Origin: Erythrobacter sp.
Lineage (GTDB): Bacteria > Pseudomonadota > Alphaproteobacteria > Sphingomonadales > Sphingomonadaceae
Assembly: GCA_046296035.1 (NCBI GenBank)
Contig: JBKBLZ010000001.1
Coordinates: 105,336 to 169,335, forward strand
Length of the DNA stretch: 64,000 nt
Direction: 5' to 3'
The notes under the pieces: model-generated
Database searches by the model: none
What the model saw: only the letters and a program-made list of their open reading frames with translations
Told to the model about the DNA's origin: nothing
Program-made: the position numbers and the translations under genes
Part shown: positions 30,900 to 40,933 of the stretch, piece after piece
How positions within the stretch are numbered: position 1 is the first letter of the stretch
How the letters are laid out: the number at the start of each line of letters is the position of its first letter

Positions 30900-32102
30900 A
30901 TGCCCAGGTTCAAGACCCTCGATGATCTGCCCGCCGACCTCACCGGCGAAGTTGCGCTGGTGCGTGTCGATCTCAACCTGCCGATGAAGGACGGTTCGGC
31001 CAGCGATGTTACCCGGGTCGAGGCGGTGAAGCCGACCATCCTCGAACTCGCCGGGCGCGGGGCCAGGGTGGTGCTGCTGGCGCATTTCGGGCGTCCGGGC
31101 GGCAGGCGTTCCTCGGTGCTGTCCACCAGCATGGTGGTGGGCGATGTCGAGCGTGTGCTGGGCAAGGAAGTAATGTTCATCCCCGAGATCGCCGGGCCGG
31201 TGGTCGAACAGGCAATCGGCATCCTGCGCGGCGGCGATATCGGCCTGCTCGAAAACAGCCGCTTCTGGCCGGGCGAGGAAAACAACGATCCCGCGCTTGC
31301 CGGGGCCATCGCGGCGCATGGCACGCTCTACGTCAACGATGCCTTCAGCGCCGCGCACCGCGCCCACGCCACCACGGAAGGGTTGGCGCACCTGTTGCCA
31401 GCCTATGCGGGGCGTTCGATGGAAGCCGAACTCAAGGCATTGGACGCAGCCCTCGGTGCGCCCGAAACGCCGGTCGCGGCGGTTGTAGGCGGGGCCAAGG
31501 TTTCAACCAAGCTTGCGGTGCTTGAAAACCTGGTGGGCAAGGTCCAGCACCTCATCATCGGCGGGGGAATGGCCAACACCTTCCTTGCCGCGCGCGGGGT
31601 GAATGTCGGCAAGAGCCTGTGCGAGCACGACCTTGCCCCCGCCGTCGCCAGAATCATGGACGAGGCCGATCACGCCGGCTGCACCGTGCACCTGCCCTAT
31701 GATGTCGTGGTGGCGAAGGAATTCACCGCCAACCCGGCGAGCCTGCGCACCTGCAACGTCCACGAGGTCGCTGCGGACGAGATGATCCTCGATCTCGGCC
31801 CGCAGGCGGTCGAAGCGTTGGCCGATGTGCTCAAGACCTGCCGCACGCTGGTGTGGAACGGTCCGCTGGGTGCCTTCGAGACCGCGCCGTTCGATGCTGC
31901 CACCGTCGCACTGGCGCGCACCGCAGCCGCGCTCAGCCTTGAAGGCTCGCTCATCAGCGTGGCCGGCGGCGGCGACACGGTCGCGGCGCTGGCTCATGCC
32001 GGCGTTTCGCAGGATTTCTCCTATGTCTCAACCGCTGGCGGGGCATTTCTCGAATGGATGGAGGGGCGCGTCCTGCCCGGCGTGGCCGCGCTCGAAGCCT
32101 GA
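30900..32102 (+). CDS. pgk: Phosphoglycerate kinase
   Basis: [63 protein letters not shown]. Confidence 0.98.
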   Translation: MPRFKTLDDLPADLTGEVALVRVDLNLPMKDGSASDVTRVEAVKPTILELAGRGARVVLLAHFGRPGGRRSSVLSTSMVVGDVERVLGKEVMFIPEIAGPVVEQAIGILRGGDIGLLENSRFWPGEENNDPALAGAIAAHGTLYVNDAFSAAHRAHATTEGLAHLLPAYAGRSMEAELKALDAALGAPETPVAAVVGGAKVSTKLAVLENLVGKVQHLIIGGGMANTFLAARGVNVGKSLCEHDLAPAVARIMDEADHAGCTVHLPYDVVVAKEFTANPASLRTCNVHEVAADEMILDLGPQAVEALADVLKTCRTLVWNGPLGAFETAPFDAATVALARTAAALSLEGSLISVAGGGDTVAALAHAGVSQDFSYVSTAGGAFLEWMEGRVLPGVAALEA

Positions 32103-32103
32103 C

Positions 32104-32529
32104 ATGGCGAGCATCGCGGCCGAGATCGAAGCGCTTGAATTGCATCTGATGCGCGCCTGGCTGGCGGGCGATAGCAAGGCGACCAGGAAGCTCCTTGGCC
32201 GCGATTTCGTCGCGATGATCGGCACGCTGCCGCCGCAGCTGCTTGACCGGCCGAGCTTTCTGGCGGCTGTCGATGGCGGTTTTGCCTGCACCAAATTCGC
32301 CTTCCACGAGGTGTTGGTCCGCCCGCAGGGCAAGAGCGCGTGGTTCGCAGCCGGGGCCGAACTCGAACTCGCGCTGGGGGCAAGGGCGTGGGCCGGGCCG
32401 TTCCTGCTGACCGGGCTGTGGCGCAAGGGTGCCCTTGGGGGGTGGAAGCTGACCGAGCGCAGCCTCGCGCGGCTCGACCAGAGCGAGGGCCTCGCCGCTG
32501 CGCTCAGCAAACTGCAATTGTGGACATAG
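32104..32529 (+). CDS. NTF2-like (DUF4440/SnoaL) protein
   Basis: MASIAAEIEALELHLMRAWLAGD...LLGRDF...TGLWRK...WKL pattern; starts 2 nt after pgk stop. Confidence 0.7.
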   Translation: MASIAAEIEALELHLMRAWLAGDSKATRKLLGRDFVAMIGTLPPQLLDRPSFLAAVDGGFACTKFAFHEVLVRPQGKSAWFAAGAELELALGARAWAGPFLLTGLWRKGALGGWKLTERSLARLDQSEGLAAALSKLQLWT

Positions 32530-32543
32530 GAGCGCCAAGCGCC

Positions 32544-32996
32544 ATGAGCGAGATGATGGAGGCCTCCTTCGGCCAACTTTCGACGATGGCGGGCGGCGAA
32601 TTTGCCGGCTGGCGCTACTGGCAGGGCGATCCGTTCGAGACGCGTTCCGGCCCGTTCTTCTACCGCCGCGAGGATGATGGTTCCTACGTCAGCGCCTTCC
32701 GCGCCGAGCCGCGCCACATGAACGGCGGCGGGTTCATGCATGGCGGCTGCATGATGACCTTTGCCGATTTCGCGCTGTTCGCGATTGCCACCGACGTGCT
32801 CGATGGCGATCACGCGGTGACGCTCAACCTCTCGGGCGATTTCCTCGGGCCGATCGCCACCGGCGCGCTGGTCGAGGCGCGCGGCGAGGTAACGCGCGGC
32901 GGGGGCAAAACCATTTTCGTGCGCGGACTGGTGACGGGTGACGGGAAACCCGCGCTCAGTTTCACCGGCATCATTCGCCGCCTGTCGAAACGCTAG
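32544..32996 (+). CDS. PaaI-family thioesterase
   Basis: HMNGGGFMHGGCMMTFAD hot-dog motif; AGGAG RBS. Confidence 0.9.
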   Translation: MSEMMEASFGQLSTMAGGEFAGWRYWQGDPFETRSGPFFYRREDDGSYVSAFRAEPRHMNGGGFMHGGCMMTFADFALFAIATDVLDGDHAVTLNLSGDFLGPIATGALVEARGEVTRGGGKTIFVRGLVTGDGKPALSFTGIIRRLSKR

Positions 32997-33116
32997 CCCT
33001 TCGCGGTTGCAGCATGGTAAGCGCCTCGCTAAGGGCGCGTTTCAAGGTTATGCATACCTATGCAGAAACCCGCAGGGCCGCTGTCTGAAACCACTCGCCT
33101 TTGGAGCACGCTTGCC

Positions 33117-34007
33117 ATGAACACCCGTGAAATGATCGACCGCATCGCCACCGGACAGGGTTTTATCGCCGCGCTTGACCAGTCGGGCGGATCAACGCCC
33201 AAGGCGCTGCGCGGTTACGGGGTCAATGACAGCGAATGGTCGGGTGATGACGAAATGTTTGCCCAGATCCACGCGATGCGCGCCCGCGTGATTACCTCGC
33301 CCTGTTTCGGCAGCGGCAAGGTGATCGGCGCAATCCTGTTCGAAAAGACCATGGACGGTGAGGTGGACGGCAAGCCCACGGCGGACGCGCTCAAGGATCG
33401 CGGGATCGTGCCCTTCATCAAGGTCGACGAGGGGCTGGCCGAGGAGGCCGACGGTGTGCAGCTGATGAAGCCGATGGGCAAGCTCGACGCGCTGCTCGAA
33501 AAGTCGATTGCGGCAGGGATGTTCGGCACCAAGATGCGCTCGTTTATCAAGGCGGCCAATCCGGCGGGAATCGCCGCTGCGGTCGCCCAGCAGTTCGAAG
33601 TGGGTGCGCAGATCATCGCCGCCGGGCTCATGCCGATTCTCGAGCCGGAATTTGATATCACCGCCGAAGACCGCGCGGCGGGTGAGGACATTCTGCTTGC
33701 GGAGATTGCCAGGCATCTTGATGCCCTGCCGGAAGGCCAGCAGGTGATGCTCAAGCTCTCGATTCCCGCCACGGCGGGCCTTTACACCCCGTTGGTCGGG
33801 CACCCCAAGGTGCTGCGCGTGGTCGCGCTGTCGGGCGGGTTCTCGACCGACGAGGCCTGCGCACGGCTGGCGCAAAACCCCGGCATGATCGCCAGCTTCA
33901 GCCGCGGGTTGTTGCAGGACCTGCGCAAGGGACAGTCGGACGCGGAGTTTGACGCGGTGCTCGGCAAGGCGATCGACCAGATCGCCAGCGCCAGCTGTTC
34001 GGGCTGA
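33117..34007 (+). CDS. Fructose-bisphosphate aldolase, class I
   Basis: GFIAALDQSGGSTPKAL, GAILFE, PFIKVD, FGTKMRS, PILEPE, VVALSGG, IASFSR. Confidence 0.95.
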   Translation: MNTREMIDRIATGQGFIAALDQSGGSTPKALRGYGVNDSEWSGDDEMFAQIHAMRARVITSPCFGSGKVIGAILFEKTMDGEVDGKPTADALKDRGIVPFIKVDEGLAEEADGVQLMKPMGKLDALLEKSIAAGMFGTKMRSFIKAANPAGIAAAVAQQFEVGAQIIAAGLMPILEPEFDITAEDRAAGEDILLAEIARHLDALPEGQQVMLKLSIPATAGLYTPLVGHPKVLRVVALSGGFSTDEACARLAQNPGMIASFSRGLLQDLRKGQSDAEFDAVLGKAIDQIASASCSG

Positions 34008-34048
34008 TGGGGTGACAGCGGGCGCGCGAAGCGTTAGCGAGCGCCCCC

Positions 34049-34708
34049 ATGACCCAGACCCAGATCTATCTCATCTCCCCGCTCGATGTTGGCGGGGATT
34101 TCCCCGTCCGGCTTGAACGCGCGCTGGCCGCGGGGGCGCGGCGGCATGGCGATCTTGTCACTGCCTTCCAGTTCCGGGTGAAGGGTGTGGACAGCCACGA
34201 GGCCGCGCGTCTTGCCGCGCCGCTTCAAGCCATCTGCGCCGCGCACGATGTGGCCTTCATCGTCAACGATTCGATCAGCCTCGCCAAGCGGCTGAGAGCC
34301 GACGGGGTGCATCTCGGGCAGGATGACGGCTCGCCGAGGGACGCGCGCGCCGAACTGGGACGCGAGGCGCAGATCGGCGTCACTTGCCACGCCAGCCGCC
34401 ACCTTGCGATGGAAGCGGGTGAGGCCGGGGCGGATTACGTCGCCTTCGGGGCCTTTTTTCCCTCGATCACCAAGGACGTTGCCAAAGACAGGGGGGCAGA
34501 TGCCGAGCGCCCCGTGCCCGAACTGCTGCGCTGGTGGAGCCAGCTGTTTGAAATCCCCTGCGTCGCGATTGGCGGGATTACGCCGGACAATTGCAAGCCG
34601 CTGGTAGAGGCCGGGGCCGATTTCCTCGCAGTGAGCCACGCGGTGTGGGGCGGGGACGAGGTCGCCGCGATCGAGGCCTTCGCCGCAGCGATTGCGGCGG
34701 CGCGCTAG
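34049..34708 (+). CDS. thiE: Thiamine-phosphate synthase
   Basis: FQFRVK, FIVND, ADGVHLGQDD, GVTCH, ADYVAFG, VAIGGIT. Confidence 0.93.
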   Translation: MTQTQIYLISPLDVGGDFPVRLERALAAGARRHGDLVTAFQFRVKGVDSHEAARLAAPLQAICAAHDVAFIVNDSISLAKRLRADGVHLGQDDGSPRDARAELGREAQIGVTCHASRHLAMEAGEAGADYVAFGAFFPSITKDVAKDRGADAERPVPELLRWWSQLFEIPCVAIGGITPDNCKPLVEAGADFLAVSHAVWGGDEVAAIEAFAAAIAAAR

Positions 34709-35130
34709 CGGTTGCTCCCCAGCCGGGTGCAGATCAGCTTGCTCGGGCTGCCATCGGCATTGAGCCTGCGCACGGAATTCTCGCCGAGCACCTCGAAGCG
34801 CTGGTCTTTCTTGGGGCCGCGGGTGAACAGCAGCTCGGTGCCGCGCAGCAGGTAGATGCCGCGCCCGCCAGCGGCGCTGCGGTAGCTTGACGCATTGCCG
34901 ATGCGGAAGCCTTCCTCTGGCACCACCACGTAGGCCTCGCCCCCCGCATCGCCGGGCAGGGCGCATTCCCAGTCACCCCGCTGGAGCGAGCCGAGCATTC
35001 CGCCGGTGGCCGCTGGCGTGCTGGCGCGCGGGATGCTGTCGTTGCGATCCTGTGCCCGGGAGATGCCCGAGCCGAAGGCGGCGATCGCTGCCGCACAAAG
35101 AGTGAGGAGAATGATCGAGCGGGTGCGCAT
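34705..35130 (-). CDS. Hypothetical secreted protein
   Basis: N-terminal signal peptide; two Cys in the mature part (WECALPG, LICTR); coding-like codon usage. Confidence 0.7.
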   Translation of the reverse strand: MRTRSIILLTLCAAAIAAFGSGISRAQDRNDSIPRASTPAATGGMLGSLQRGDWECALPGDAGGEAYVVVPEEGFRIGNASSYRSAAGGRGIYLLRGTELLFTRGPKKDQRFEVLGENSVRRLNADGSPSKLICTRLGSNR

Positions 35131-35301
35131 GGCCCGCGCCTTACCAGCGCGAGGCCGGCAACGCCAAGCCTTTCGCGCAGGGCTTGCCCGCGCTTGCCCA
35201 GAGGGCCGCTATCGGCTATCGGCGCGCATCATTTTGCAGGTGCGCCCATGATGCGGCACACCGGCGCGCTCTTTCCACCTCGTAAAAAGGCCCAAAGCCC
35301 C

Positions 35302-35865
35302 ATGAAGATCAGCGGCGTCGACATTCGCCCCGGCAACATCCTGGAATATGAAGGCGGCATCTGGAAGGTTGCCAAGATCCAGCACACCCAACCCGGCAAG
35401 GGCGGAGCCTACATGCAGGTCGAAATGAAGAACCTGCAGGATGGCCGCAAGACCAACGTGCGCTTCCGCAGCGCCGACACGGTGGAGCGCGTCCGTCTCG
35501 ACACCAAGGACTTCCAGTTCCTTTATGCCGAGGGCGATGACCTGGTGTTCATGGACAACGACACCTACGAGCAGATCACCCTGCCGGGCGATCTTCTGGG
35601 CGACGCGCGTCCCTTCCTGCAGGACGGGATGCAGGTGGCGCTTGAATTGTGGGACGAAAAGCCGATCAGCGTGGAACTGCCCGCGCAGGTCGAAGCCACC
35701 ATCGTCGAGGCCGATGCCGTGGTGAAGGGGCAGACGGCATCTTCCAGCTACAAGCCTGCGATCCTCGACAACGGCGTGCGCATCATGGTTCCGCCGCACA
35801 TCGAAAGTGGCACACGCATCATCGTCGATGTCTACGAACAAGCCTACGTCGGCAAGGCGGGCTGA
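35302..35865 (+). CDS. efp: Elongation factor P
   Basis: [31 protein letters not shown]. Confidence 0.97.
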   Translation: MKISGVDIRPGNILEYEGGIWKVAKIQHTQPGKGGAYMQVEMKNLQDGRKTNVRFRSADTVERVRLDTKDFQFLYAEGDDLVFMDNDTYEQITLPGDLLGDARPFLQDGMQVALELWDEKPISVELPAQVEATIVEADAVVKGQTASSSYKPAILDNGVRIMVPPHIESGTRIIVDVYEQAYVGKAG

Positions 35866-35873
35866 GCAGACAC

Positions 35874-36692
35874 ATGGCAGCAATTTCCGGCCTCATCCGG
35901 GTGATGGAGCGCGCCGCGCGCAAGGCGGGCGGGCGTTTGCGCCGCGATTTCGGCGAAGTCGAGCACTTGCAGGTCAGCCGCAAGGGCCCGGCCGATTTCG
36001 TCAGCAAGGCCGACATGCGCGCCGAACGCACGATCTATGACGAGCTTTCCGCCGCACGCCCGGGCTGGGGCTTCGTGATGGAGGAGGCCGGGGTGATCGA
36101 GGGCGATCCCGGGATGCCGCGCTGGATCGTCGATCCGCTCGACGGCACCAGCAACTTCCTCCACGGCATCCCGCATTTCGCGATCAGCATCGCGGCACAG
36201 GAACCGCGCGCGGATGGCAAGGGCTGGGGCGATGTGGTGGCGGGTGTGGTCTACCAGCCGATCACCGATCAGACCTTCTGGGCCGAAAAGGCGCGCGGGG
36301 CATGGCTGCATGATGCGCGCCTGCGCGTGTCGGCCCGTTCACGCCTGTCGGATGCGCTGGTGGCGACCGGAGTGCCCTTCTTTGGCCACGGCGATTTCGC
36401 CGAATGGAGCCGGATTTTCGGTGCAATCGGCCCGGAAGTCGCCGGCATTCGTCGGTTTGGCGCCGCATCGCTTGATCTCGCCTATGTGGCACAGGGCCGA
36501 TTTGACGGGTTCTGGGAAAGCGGCCTGTCAGATTGGGACACCGCCGCCGGGTGCCTGCTGGTGCGCGAGGCGGGCGGGTTCGTCTCCGACTTTCGCGGAC
36601 GCAGCGAAGCTATCCATTCGACGCAGGTGCTTGCGGCGAACGATGCGCTGCATTCGAAGCTGCACAAGCTCCTTGCCGGAGCCTTGCGCTAG
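35874..36692 (+). CDS. suhB: Inositol monophosphatase family protein
   Basis: DFVSKAD, WIVDPLDGTSNFLHG, RRFGAASLDL, WDTAAG. Confidence 0.93.
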   Translation: MAAISGLIRVMERAARKAGGRLRRDFGEVEHLQVSRKGPADFVSKADMRAERTIYDELSAARPGWGFVMEEAGVIEGDPGMPRWIVDPLDGTSNFLHGIPHFAISIAAQEPRADGKGWGDVVAGVVYQPITDQTFWAEKARGAWLHDARLRVSARSRLSDALVATGVPFFGHGDFAEWSRIFGAIGPEVAGIRRFGAASLDLAYVAQGRFDGFWESGLSDWDTAAGCLLVREAGGFVSDFRGRSEAIHSTQVLAANDALHSKLHKLLAGALR

Positions 36693-36779
36693 CTCGTCTG
36701 CACGCCCTCCGGCGGTCGAAATCCTCGGTCATGCGGCCTGAAGGTCGGGCGTCCGTGTGCGGCGGCTCAGCTTTGCTTG

Positions 36780-36804
36780 CGCTGCGGGCGGCCGATCGGC
36801 CTTG
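36780..36804. repeat. Repeat family A core, copy 3 (inverted)
   Basis: Reverse complement CAAGGCCGATCGGCCGCCCGCAGCG. Confidence 0.7.
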
Positions 36805-36878
36805 GGCGCTGTGCGCCGTTTGCAGCGCTTGCCAGTGATGCTTGGCCTCGCTAACAGCGCGGGGCATCCCGCACAGGC

Positions 36879-36963
36879 GCCCCTGTGGTGGAATTGGTAG
36901 ACGCGACCGACTCAAAATCGGTTGGAGAAATCCGTGCCAGTTCGAGTCTGGCCAGGGGCACCA
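36879..36963 (+). tRNA. tRNA-Leu(CAA)
   Basis: GCCCCTGTGGTGGAATTGGTAGAC...GACTCAAAATC, long variable arm, GTTCGAGTC...CAGGGGCACCA. Confidence 0.97.
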
Positions 36964-37124
36964 TGTCCTGCATTTTCTCGGTGCTGGTCGCTGCGCGGCA
37001 TTTGCTTATGGCCGCTTGGCCTTGCGAAACCTTGACGGGTTCGATGTTGATCCCCGCAGCGCCCCGGCGCTGACAAACCGCTTGCCGGCACCCGCCTGCT
37101 CTGGCTAGCCTTGTGCCTAACGCC

Positions 37125-38960
37125 ATGCTTGATGCACCCTCCTACCACGCGATCGCGGCCATGGCGGTAACCATCGCCATGTTCATCGCCTTTGCCCGCG
37201 GGCGTTATCCCGAGGAAATCATTTCGCTCATTACCATCGCGGTGATCGGGGTAGGGCTCTACTTTGCCCCGCTGGAAGGAGCCAAGCCGACCGACGGGCT
37301 TGCGATTGCCTTCGGCGGTTTTGGCCATTCGGCGCTGATCACGATCTGCGCGTTGATGATCATGGGCCGCGGGCTGGTGGTGACGGGCGCATTGGAGCCT
37401 TTCGCGCGGCTGCTCGAAGGGGTGTTCCGCGCCAATGCCCAGCTTGGCCTGCTGGCCGCGCTGCTGGTCGCTTTTACCATGTCGATGTTCGTCAATGATA
37501 CGCCGGTGATGGTGCTGCTGATCCCGATTATCGTCGCAATCGCGTCCCGGGGGCTGATGGCATCTTCCAAGGCCCTGATGCCGGTGAACGCCGCAGTCCT
37601 GCTCGGCGGGATGGCAACCACCATCGGCACCTCTACCAACATTCTCGTCGTCACGATTGCCGATGATATCGGCATGAAACCGATGGGCGTGTTCCAGTTC
37701 ACGCCGATCGTGCTGATTGCCGGGCTGGTGGCGATTCCCTATTTGTGGCTGGTGATGCCGCGGATGCTGCGCGACAATTCGGTGACCCCCGACAACGCCC
37801 GCCGCATCTTCCACACCCGCCTGCGCGTGGGTGCGAGCAGCCTGCTGGCGGGCAGCGATCTGGCTGCGGTGAGGGACAAGCTGCCGCAGGAAATCGCTTT
37901 TCACGATGCCCCCGCAGGCCCGCTCCAGCCCGAACAGCGCCTGCATATCTCGGGCACCCACGAAGCGCTGGAAGAGGCTGCGCGCGCGCTCAAGGGCGAA
38001 CTCGCGCCGAGCTGGGTGGTTGATCGCATCCGCCGCGTTTCCCGCCAGCGGGGCGAGGATATCGTCGCGGTCGAAATGACCGTGACGGCTGATTCGCGCC
38101 TGGTTACGCGCACGCTGGCAAGTTCGGGGATTGCCGATCTCTACGGGGTGGCGGTGCTCGGCATCCATCGCCCTGATCGGGTGCTGGGCGAGCGCGATAC
38201 CTATTCCGAAGGCGGCGACCTCAGGATCCTTGAAGGCGATGTGCTGCTGGTGATGGGGATCGAGGAAGACCTGCAGAACTTTGCCAATAATGACGGCCTG
38301 CTGCGGCTCGAAGGGGCGCGCGAGCTGCCGCGCCGGTCAAAGGCGGTGCTGGCCGGCGCGATCATGCTGGGCACAATCGCCACGGCCTCGCTCGGCCTGC
38401 CGTGGTTCGACGCGAATGGCTATGCGCCGATCAAGCTGCCGATCGCGATTTCGGCGCTGGCGGGGGCAATTGCGATGTTCGTCACCGGCTGCGTCAAATT
38501 CGACCGGGTCGGGCGTGCGCTGTCGGCCAAGGTGATCGTGCTGATTGCTGCCAGCCTCGCCATCGGCCGGGTGATCGATGAAAGCGGCGCAGCGGCATGG
38601 CTGGGGCAGATGCTCTCGCTCGGGCTGGGCTATCTTCCTCCGGCACTGGTGCTGTCGGCGATCATGATCTTCGTAACCGTGGTAACCAACTTCGCTTCCA
38701 ACGCCACCGCCGCCACGATCGGCACCCCGATTGCCTACAGCATCGCCATGCGTTTGGGCCTGCCGCCCGAACCGCTGGTGCTGGCGGTGCTGTTCGGCTG
38801 CAACCTCTCCTTCGCTACCCCGATTGCCTATCAGAGCAACCTGTTGATCATGTCCGAGGGCGGCTATGAATTCGGCGATTATGTGCGCGCCGGGGTGCCG
38901 CTGGTGGCGCTGATGGTGACGGTGCTCTCGGTGCTGCTGGTGCTCTGGTATGGGTTGTGA
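37125..38960 (+). CDS. SLC13/DASS-family permease with TrkA-C (RCK_C) domain
   Basis: SMFVNDTP, GGMATTIGTSTN, TNFASNAT, FATPIAYQSNL; central soluble domain. Confidence 0.9.
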   Translation: MLDAPSYHAIAAMAVTIAMFIAFARGRYPEEIISLITIAVIGVGLYFAPLEGAKPTDGLAIAFGGFGHSALITICALMIMGRGLVVTGALEPFARLLEGVFRANAQLGLLAALLVAFTMSMFVNDTPVMVLLIPIIVAIASRGLMASSKALMPVNAAVLLGGMATTIGTSTNILVVTIADDIGMKPMGVFQFTPIVLIAGLVAIPYLWLVMPRMLRDNSVTPDNARRIFHTRLRVGASSLLAGSDLAAVRDKLPQEIAFHDAPAGPLQPEQRLHISGTHEALEEAARALKGELAPSWVVDRIRRVSRQRGEDIVAVEMTVTADSRLVTRTLASSGIADLYGVAVLGIHRPDRVLGERDTYSEGGDLRILEGDVLLVMGIEEDLQNFANNDGLLRLEGARELPRRSKAVLAGAIMLGTIATASLGLPWFDANGYAPIKLPIAISALAGAIAMFVTGCVKFDRVGRALSAKVIVLIAASLAIGRVIDESGAAAWLGQMLSLGLGYLPPALVLSAIMIFVTVVTNFASNATAATIGTPIAYSIAMRLGLPPEPLVLAVLFGCNLSFATPIAYQSNLLIMSEGGYEFGDYVRAGVPLVALMVTVLSVLLVLWYGL

Positions 38961-39150
38961 AAGGCGCGCGCGTTTCCTGCCGGCAGCGCGCTGTGCCATG
39001 GTCGCGCGGTCACCAGATGGCCCCTTTGATGATAGTTTTGCGCCTGCGGGCAGGGCTGTGTCGGGGGGCAGGGGTGGGCCTGGGTTTTCGGTCTCTGGAT
39101 AGTGTCTCATGTCTCTCTGACAGGGTCGGAGATGAGCAAAGGGGAAAGCG

Positions 39151-40494
39151 ATGCGGGTAATGGTTATTCGGGCAGCAGCAAGCGCGCTGGCGCTGATGGC
39201 GGTGCCGGCGCAGGCGGATGAGCTGCGCGATGCGGTGGCGGCGGAGATGCCGGGGCTGATCGCGCTTTATGAGGATCTGCACGCCAATCCCGAGTTGAGC
39301 TTCCAGGAGGTCGAGACCGCGAAGAAGCTCGCGGCCCGCGCCCGTGCGCTGGGCTTCGCAGTGACCGAGGGCGTCGGCAAGACCGGAGTGGTCGCGGTGA
39401 TGAAGAACGGCGACGGGCCGACAGTCATGCTGCGCGCCGACATGGACGGGTTGCCGGTGATCGAGCAGACCGGGCTGCCCTTTGCCTCCAAGCGCCGCGC
39501 AGTGCCTGCCACCGGTATCGAGACCGGGGTGATGCACGCCTGCGGCCACGATACCCACATGGCCGCGTGGATCGGCACAGCGCGGCTGCTCAGCCAACGC
39601 AAGAGCGAATGGTCGGGCACGCTGGTGATGATCCTGCAACCGGCCGAGGAGATCGGCGAGGGCGCCAAGGCGATGCTCGATGACGGCCTGTTCACCCGCT
39701 TTCCCAAGCCCGATTACGTGCTCGCCTTCCATGATGCCGCGCAGGCACCGGCGGGGATGATCGGCTATTCCAAGGGCTTCGCGCTGGCCAATGTCGATTC
39801 GGTCGATGTGGTGGTGCCGGGCATCGGCGGGCATGGGGCCTATCCGCACGCCACCAAGGATCCGATCGTGATCGCTGCAAGCATCGTCACCCGGCTCCAG
39901 ACGCTGGTCAGCCGCGAGCTTGATCCGAAGGAGCCTGCGGTGGTGAGCGTCGGCAGCTTCCAGGCGGGTTCCAAGCACAACATCATCCCCGATGAGGCGC
40001 GGTTGCAGATCACCGTGCGCTCCTATGCCGATGAAACCCGCAAGCACCTGCTCGATGGCATTGCCCGGATTGCGAAGGGCGAGGCGCTGGCCGCCGGGAT
40101 GCCCGAGGACAAGCTGCCGCGCGTGACGGTGTCTGATCCCTATACGCCTGCGACCTACAACACTCCCGAATTCACCGATCGGGTGATGACGGGGCTGAAG
40201 GGGCGCTTTGCGGGCCGGGTGGTGGAAACCCCGAGCGTGATGGGCGGCGAAGATTTCAGCCAGTATTACCGGGCTGATCGCGAGAATGTGCAATCGCTGA
40301 TCTTCTGGGTCGGCGGGGTCAGCGCGGCGGAATGGGAGAAGGCACAGAAGGGCGAGCTTCAGCTGCCCTCGCTGCACTCGCCCTTCTGGGCCCCCGACGC
40401 ACCGGTGGTGATCGCCACCGCGACCGAAGCTTTAACGGCGGCGACGCTGGAACTGATGGGGAAGAACCAAAGCCCTCAAGCAGCGCAGCGGTAG
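39151..40494 (+). CDS. M20D-family amidohydrolase with signal peptide
   Basis: LHANPELSFQE, RADMDGLP, MHACGHDTH, QPAEE, GGHG, GGEDF. Confidence 0.93.
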   Translation: MRVMVIRAAASALALMAVPAQADELRDAVAAEMPGLIALYEDLHANPELSFQEVETAKKLAARARALGFAVTEGVGKTGVVAVMKNGDGPTVMLRADMDGLPVIEQTGLPFASKRRAVPATGIETGVMHACGHDTHMAAWIGTARLLSQRKSEWSGTLVMILQPAEEIGEGAKAMLDDGLFTRFPKPDYVLAFHDAAQAPAGMIGYSKGFALANVDSVDVVVPGIGGHGAYPHATKDPIVIAASIVTRLQTLVSRELDPKEPAVVSVGSFQAGSKHNIIPDEARLQITVRSYADETRKHLLDGIARIAKGEALAAGMPEDKLPRVTVSDPYTPATYNTPEFTDRVMTGLKGRFAGRVVETPSVMGGEDFSQYYRADRENVQSLIFWVGGVSAAEWEKAQKGELQLPSLHSPFWAPDAPVVIATATEALTAATLELMGKNQSPQAAQR

Positions 40495-40565
40495 GGCACA
40501 CAAACGCCCTCAAGCAGCGAAGCGGTAGGGCAAACAAACGCCCTCAAGCAGCGCAGCGGTAGGGC
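40472..40565. repeat. Three tandem copies of repeat family B (26-nt unit, 34-nt period)
   Basis: GCCCTCAAGCAGCG(C/A)AGCGGTAGGGC at 40472, 40506 and 40540 with linkers ACACAAAC and AAACAAAC. Confidence 0.95.
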
Positions 40566-40651
40566 ACACACAAAATTCGGCCGCCGGAGCGCGCCTTTGG
40601 GGGCGCATTCCGACGGCCGTTTCTCCTCCCCAGGAGAACTGTTGAAACGGG

Positions 40652-40837
40652 TTATTCCGAAGCCGGCACGTAGGTTCCGAGCCGGTGGTGCAAGGCGTTG
40701 ATCCTGGCCAGTTCCTCGCGGTCTTCGGTGGTGCGGGCGTGGCTTTCGAGGGCGCGGCGCAGCAGCTTCATGTCGGCAGTCGAGAGCAGCGCGCGGGCGC
40801 GGGCAGGCTCGGTCTTGGGGGTATCGGTATCGCTCAT
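40652..40837 (-). CDS. Small hypothetical protein (61 aa)
   Basis: GGAGAG RBS before ATG; strong GC3 codon bias; helical sequence RARALLSTADMKLLRRAL...LHHRLG. Confidence 0.75.
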   Translation of the reverse strand: MSDTDTPKTEPARARALLSTADMKLLRRALESHARTTEDREELARINALHHRLGTYVPASE

Positions 40838-40890
40838 GTCACTCTCCGCTGGGTGATTGCCCGCGAGGTTTTAGGCGCTTCGGCAGGCAA

Positions 40891-40920
40891 CCGGAAGGCT
40901 GCAAATTGCAAGCCTCCCGG
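40891..40920 (-). terminator. Hairpin downstream of aceA
   Basis: CCGGAAGGCTGCAA / TTGCAAGCCTCCCGG imperfect inverted repeat. Confidence 0.45.
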
Positions 40921-40933
40921 CCTTGTCCCCGCC

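Noticed and set aside
3314-36963. Prophage or genomic island integrated at one of the four tRNAs
   Set aside because: No integrase, transposase or phage gene and no direct repeat of a tRNA 3' end was seen.
40472-40565. Mini CRISPR array
   Set aside because: The linkers are only 8 nt and nearly identical, there is no leader or cas gene, and the unit recurs singly elsewhere; this fits a REP-like repeat.
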